From positions 1-18,570 of the forward strand of contig JAYUUO010000026.1 in NCBI GenBank assembly GCA_043754515.1: DNA of 18,570 nt, written 5' to 3'. A program made the position numbers and the translations under genes. Below are positions 16,427 to 18,570 of the stretch, one piece after another (the first letter of the stretch is position 1; each line of letters opens with the position of its first letter). The notes under the pieces are model-generated. The model was not told the DNA's origin, ran no database searches, and worked only from the letters and a program-made list of their open reading frames with translations. The stretch is from Armatimonadota bacterium (GTDB taxonomy: Bacteria; Armatimonadota; Armatimonadia; Armatimonadales; Armatimonadaceae).

Positions 16427-16828
16427 TTACTTCCTCCATATAAACACGTACACCGGTCGGGTTCGGAAGCCCTGCCGCGCCGTGAAGCGCAACGCCTCTG
16501 TTCGTTCGCCGACTGACGCCGCCTCGAAAGCCACCGTGAACGCTCCCGATTGGTGGGGCAGGATAGTTGTTGCGGGCGTCACGACGCGGACGCAGGCGCA
16601 ACCGGTCATCGGCGGCGGCATGACAGTGAGCGGCAGGAGGTACGACGGGTTGCGGAAGATGACGGTGCGCGGCGTATCGCGCTCGTAAGGTAGCGTAACG
16701 GACTCTGTGTGATTCTGCCACCGATATTCTGGCATGGCTTTAAGTGCGGTGAGGGAGGCAACGACTGTAGCAGTCGCAATTACCTCCCAACTATTTCTTG
16801 ACAGCGATCCAGAAATCCTAGTTTGCAA
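16427..16828 (-). CDS. Small DUF1573-like Ig-fold protein with N-terminal hydrophobic segment
   Basis: FRNPSYLLPLTV..TGCACVRV..TILPHQSGAFTVAF fits the DUF1573 pattern. Start uncertain: TTG 16828 overlaps the upstream stop; the ORF is open to 16870. Confidence 0.6.
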   Translation of the reverse strand: MQTRISGSLSRNSWEVIATATVVASLTALKAMPEYRWQNHTESVTLPYERDTPRTVIFRNPSYLLPLTVMPPPMTGCACVRVVTPATTILPHQSGAFTVAFEAASVGERTEALRFTARQGFRTRPVYVFIWRK

Positions 16829-17430
16829 CTTGAACTTTATAGTCGGATCTTTCCAGTGCTGCGTCCGCATACATCTTAACGGTTTTGCTGTTAGATGAGA
16901 CGAAGGGCAAGATTACAGCCACTGACTCCTGTCGGTGCATATTGCTCAGGATAGCAATATCCATACTCACTGCAAACTCTTTGTGATCTGTGTTGATGAC
17001 CGGCGATTCGCTTGTCAACTTGTTCGAGATGAAAATGAACAGATCATCTTGTTGTAGCTTCGTCAGGCGATTTGATGCCACACACTGTATCAACAAAGCC
17101 ACAATCGAGAAGTGGCGTAGATCCTCGATTTGTGGATCATTGACAGGAGCAACCTGTTTGACTTTTTGTATAAGCCAATCAGCATCAGCGTCTGTTATTC
17201 GGTTTTCTTCCATGAATGTTTTATTGATTTTCGCGAACATCTCGGCATCAACACCCTGAAAAAAATGCAGTTTGGTTATGTTTTGCTTGCTCTTTTCGAG
17301 ATCATACATAAGTTTTAGCGCTTCGTGTCTTGAATCTATCCATTAGCCATCCCGAGCCGATCCATGCAAACACCAACAGGTTCGAGCATAACAGGATTAG
17401 AAATATCCTGTTTATAGTTTTTCTTTGCAT
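16818..17430 (-). pseudogene. Membrane-anchored alpha-helical (HEAT-like C-terminus) protein apparently split by a 1-bp frameshift near 17343
   Basis: ATG 17430 opens a 42-aa TM ORF (MQRKTINRIFLILLCSNLLVFAWIGSGWL...) ending at TGA 17302-17304. The 163-aa ORF (16818..17309) is open back to 17342. Removing one base gives ..GSGWLWIDSRHEALKLMYDLEK.. Two coupled genes remain possible. Confidence 0.5.
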
Positions 17431-17506
17431 GATTTTTGCGTTTTAGGGGCCTAAGATAGGCCACCAACAAACACCTATGGCAGCGTACCTCAGAGTCTTC
17501 ACGCTC

Positions 17507-17765
17507 CTAATTCAATCCGCCTATGTTCTTCAAGCACATGAACTTAACGCACAAGGTGACACATTCGGCATAACCAAACGGCCCCGTTTCGATTGTGGCA
17601 ATACATCCTGCGGTACATTCTACTGCACAGAGACCGAGATTGACACCAGGTGTCTGCGGAGACTGGCCGCGCCGTCATGACGGCTATTCCCCCCACGAGT
17701 GAGGCGGACAATACTGCGATCATCACGAGTTGCTTTACATAACTAGGCTGTTTGACCATTTTCAT
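17507..17765 (-). pseudogene. Secreted six-cysteine peptide precursor, apparently frameshifted just after the signal peptide
   Basis: Signal MKMVKQPSYVKQLVMIAVLSASLVGGIAVMTARPVSA from ATG 17765. The +1 frame reads PGVNLGLCAVECTAGCIATIETGPFGYAECVTLCVKFMCLKNIGGLN* (TAG 17507-17509) and has no start codon of its own. Confidence 0.6.
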
Positions 17766-17775
17766 TGCTCCATTC

Positions 17776-18570
17776 TCACATTCTGGTCGCCATGATAACA
17801 ACTAGTACCGGTACGACGATTCGCGGTTGTTTCTCGCTACCGGTGGCGATAACAATCCGTTCGTTCAGCACGCTCCCCGAAAGGAATGCGCCGGGCAAAA
17901 TTGTGACATGGAGAGTGGCTTGAGCATCCGACGATCTTTCGACTCGGGCGGATACTCCCTTCGGCGCGGAAACGACCCGAAAGTCGGGGGGCGGGCCTGG
18001 CGCGACGGTGGACAGGATCGCGGTCAATTCGACCGTCTTACTACTCTTGCTGACGAGTCCGAAGTTGAGTAGATCGGGCGACGTGATGAATTGACCACTC
18101 GCGGTGTAGGACACGGGAATTCGCACCGGAGGCAGGCTCACATCGGTCGGCGTGAGAGTCATCGTCACCTGCTTCGCGCCCGGAAGGCGGGACGCGACCG
18201 CCATGACGCTGACAGTCGCTACTTTAAAACCGGCATCGGGAGTGATGGTGGCGCGGACGCCGTCTGACGCGAGAGGTTTAGCGAATGCGACCGCGCCGCC
18301 CGAAACGCGGTGTATGGAAACAGTGGCGGTCTTCGTCTCGCCACCCGGTATCGTGCCGAGTTCCAGTATGCCGGATGGGCTGACGCGCCACTCGGTCTTC
18401 ACCGTTCCACCGAGTGACAGCGTGATCGGCTCGTCCGGCGTCTCGGTGATGAAGATCGAGACCTGTTTCTCAATGGCTCCGGGGCGGCCGGATGAGTCGA
18501 AAGTGACGGCGAGCGGCACGGAGCCACGCGCGGGAACGAAGGACAGTCTCCCGGTCGAGGTGCAACCACA
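17776..18570 (-). CDS. DUF1573 domain protein with additional Ig-like domains; 5' end lies beyond the window
   Basis: Frame is open to the window end: CGCTSTGRLSFVPARGSVPLAVTFDSSGRPGAIEKQVSIF (DUF1573 CGCT motif); repeats SPSGILELGTI and SPDLLNFGLV start further Ig-like domains. Confidence 0.8.
   Translation of the reverse strand, partial: CGCTSTGRLSFVPARGSVPLAVTFDSSGRPGAIEKQVSIFITETPDEPITLSLGGTVKTEWRVSPSGILELGTIPGGETKTATVSIHRVSGGAVAFAKPLASDGVRATITPDAGFKVATVSVMAVASRLPGAKQVTMTLTPTDVSLPPVRIPVSYTASGQFITSPDLLNFGLVSKSSKTVELTAILSTVAPGPPPDFRVVSAPKGVSARVERSSDAQATLHVTILPGAFLSGSVLNERIVIATGSEKQPRIVVPVLVVIMATRM

Overview
High-GC bacterial chromosomal window whose right third is an accessory, partly lower-GC region. 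Left and centre: a decayed Eco29kI-like GIY-YIG restriction nuclease fragment, a DUF4380-like secreted protein, a DUF697/SHOCT protein, an ATP-grasp gene broken by one in-frame TAG, a Pro-tailed secreted protein, a ~155-bp near-perfect palindrome, a Tat-like HEXXH peptidase, PepV dipeptidase, and mqnC behind a clear sigma70 promoter with a perfect Rex operator. Right: a minus-strand three-gene operon (ECF-like sigma factor, XRE-HTH protein, and a 1238-aa ImmA/IrrE metallopeptidase-UvrD helicase-Fe-S nuclease-like fusion). Divergent from it lies a ~550-nt region with no convincing gene, an extended -10 promoter, a 1:2/2:3/3:4 attenuator-like leader and a multi-stem fold, i.e. a candidate structured ncRNA. 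The window ends in a DUF1573 cluster flanking two secreted/membrane genes, each split by a 1-bp frameshift; one hides a six-Cys peptide. All family calls are from motif recognition by eye; no searches were run.
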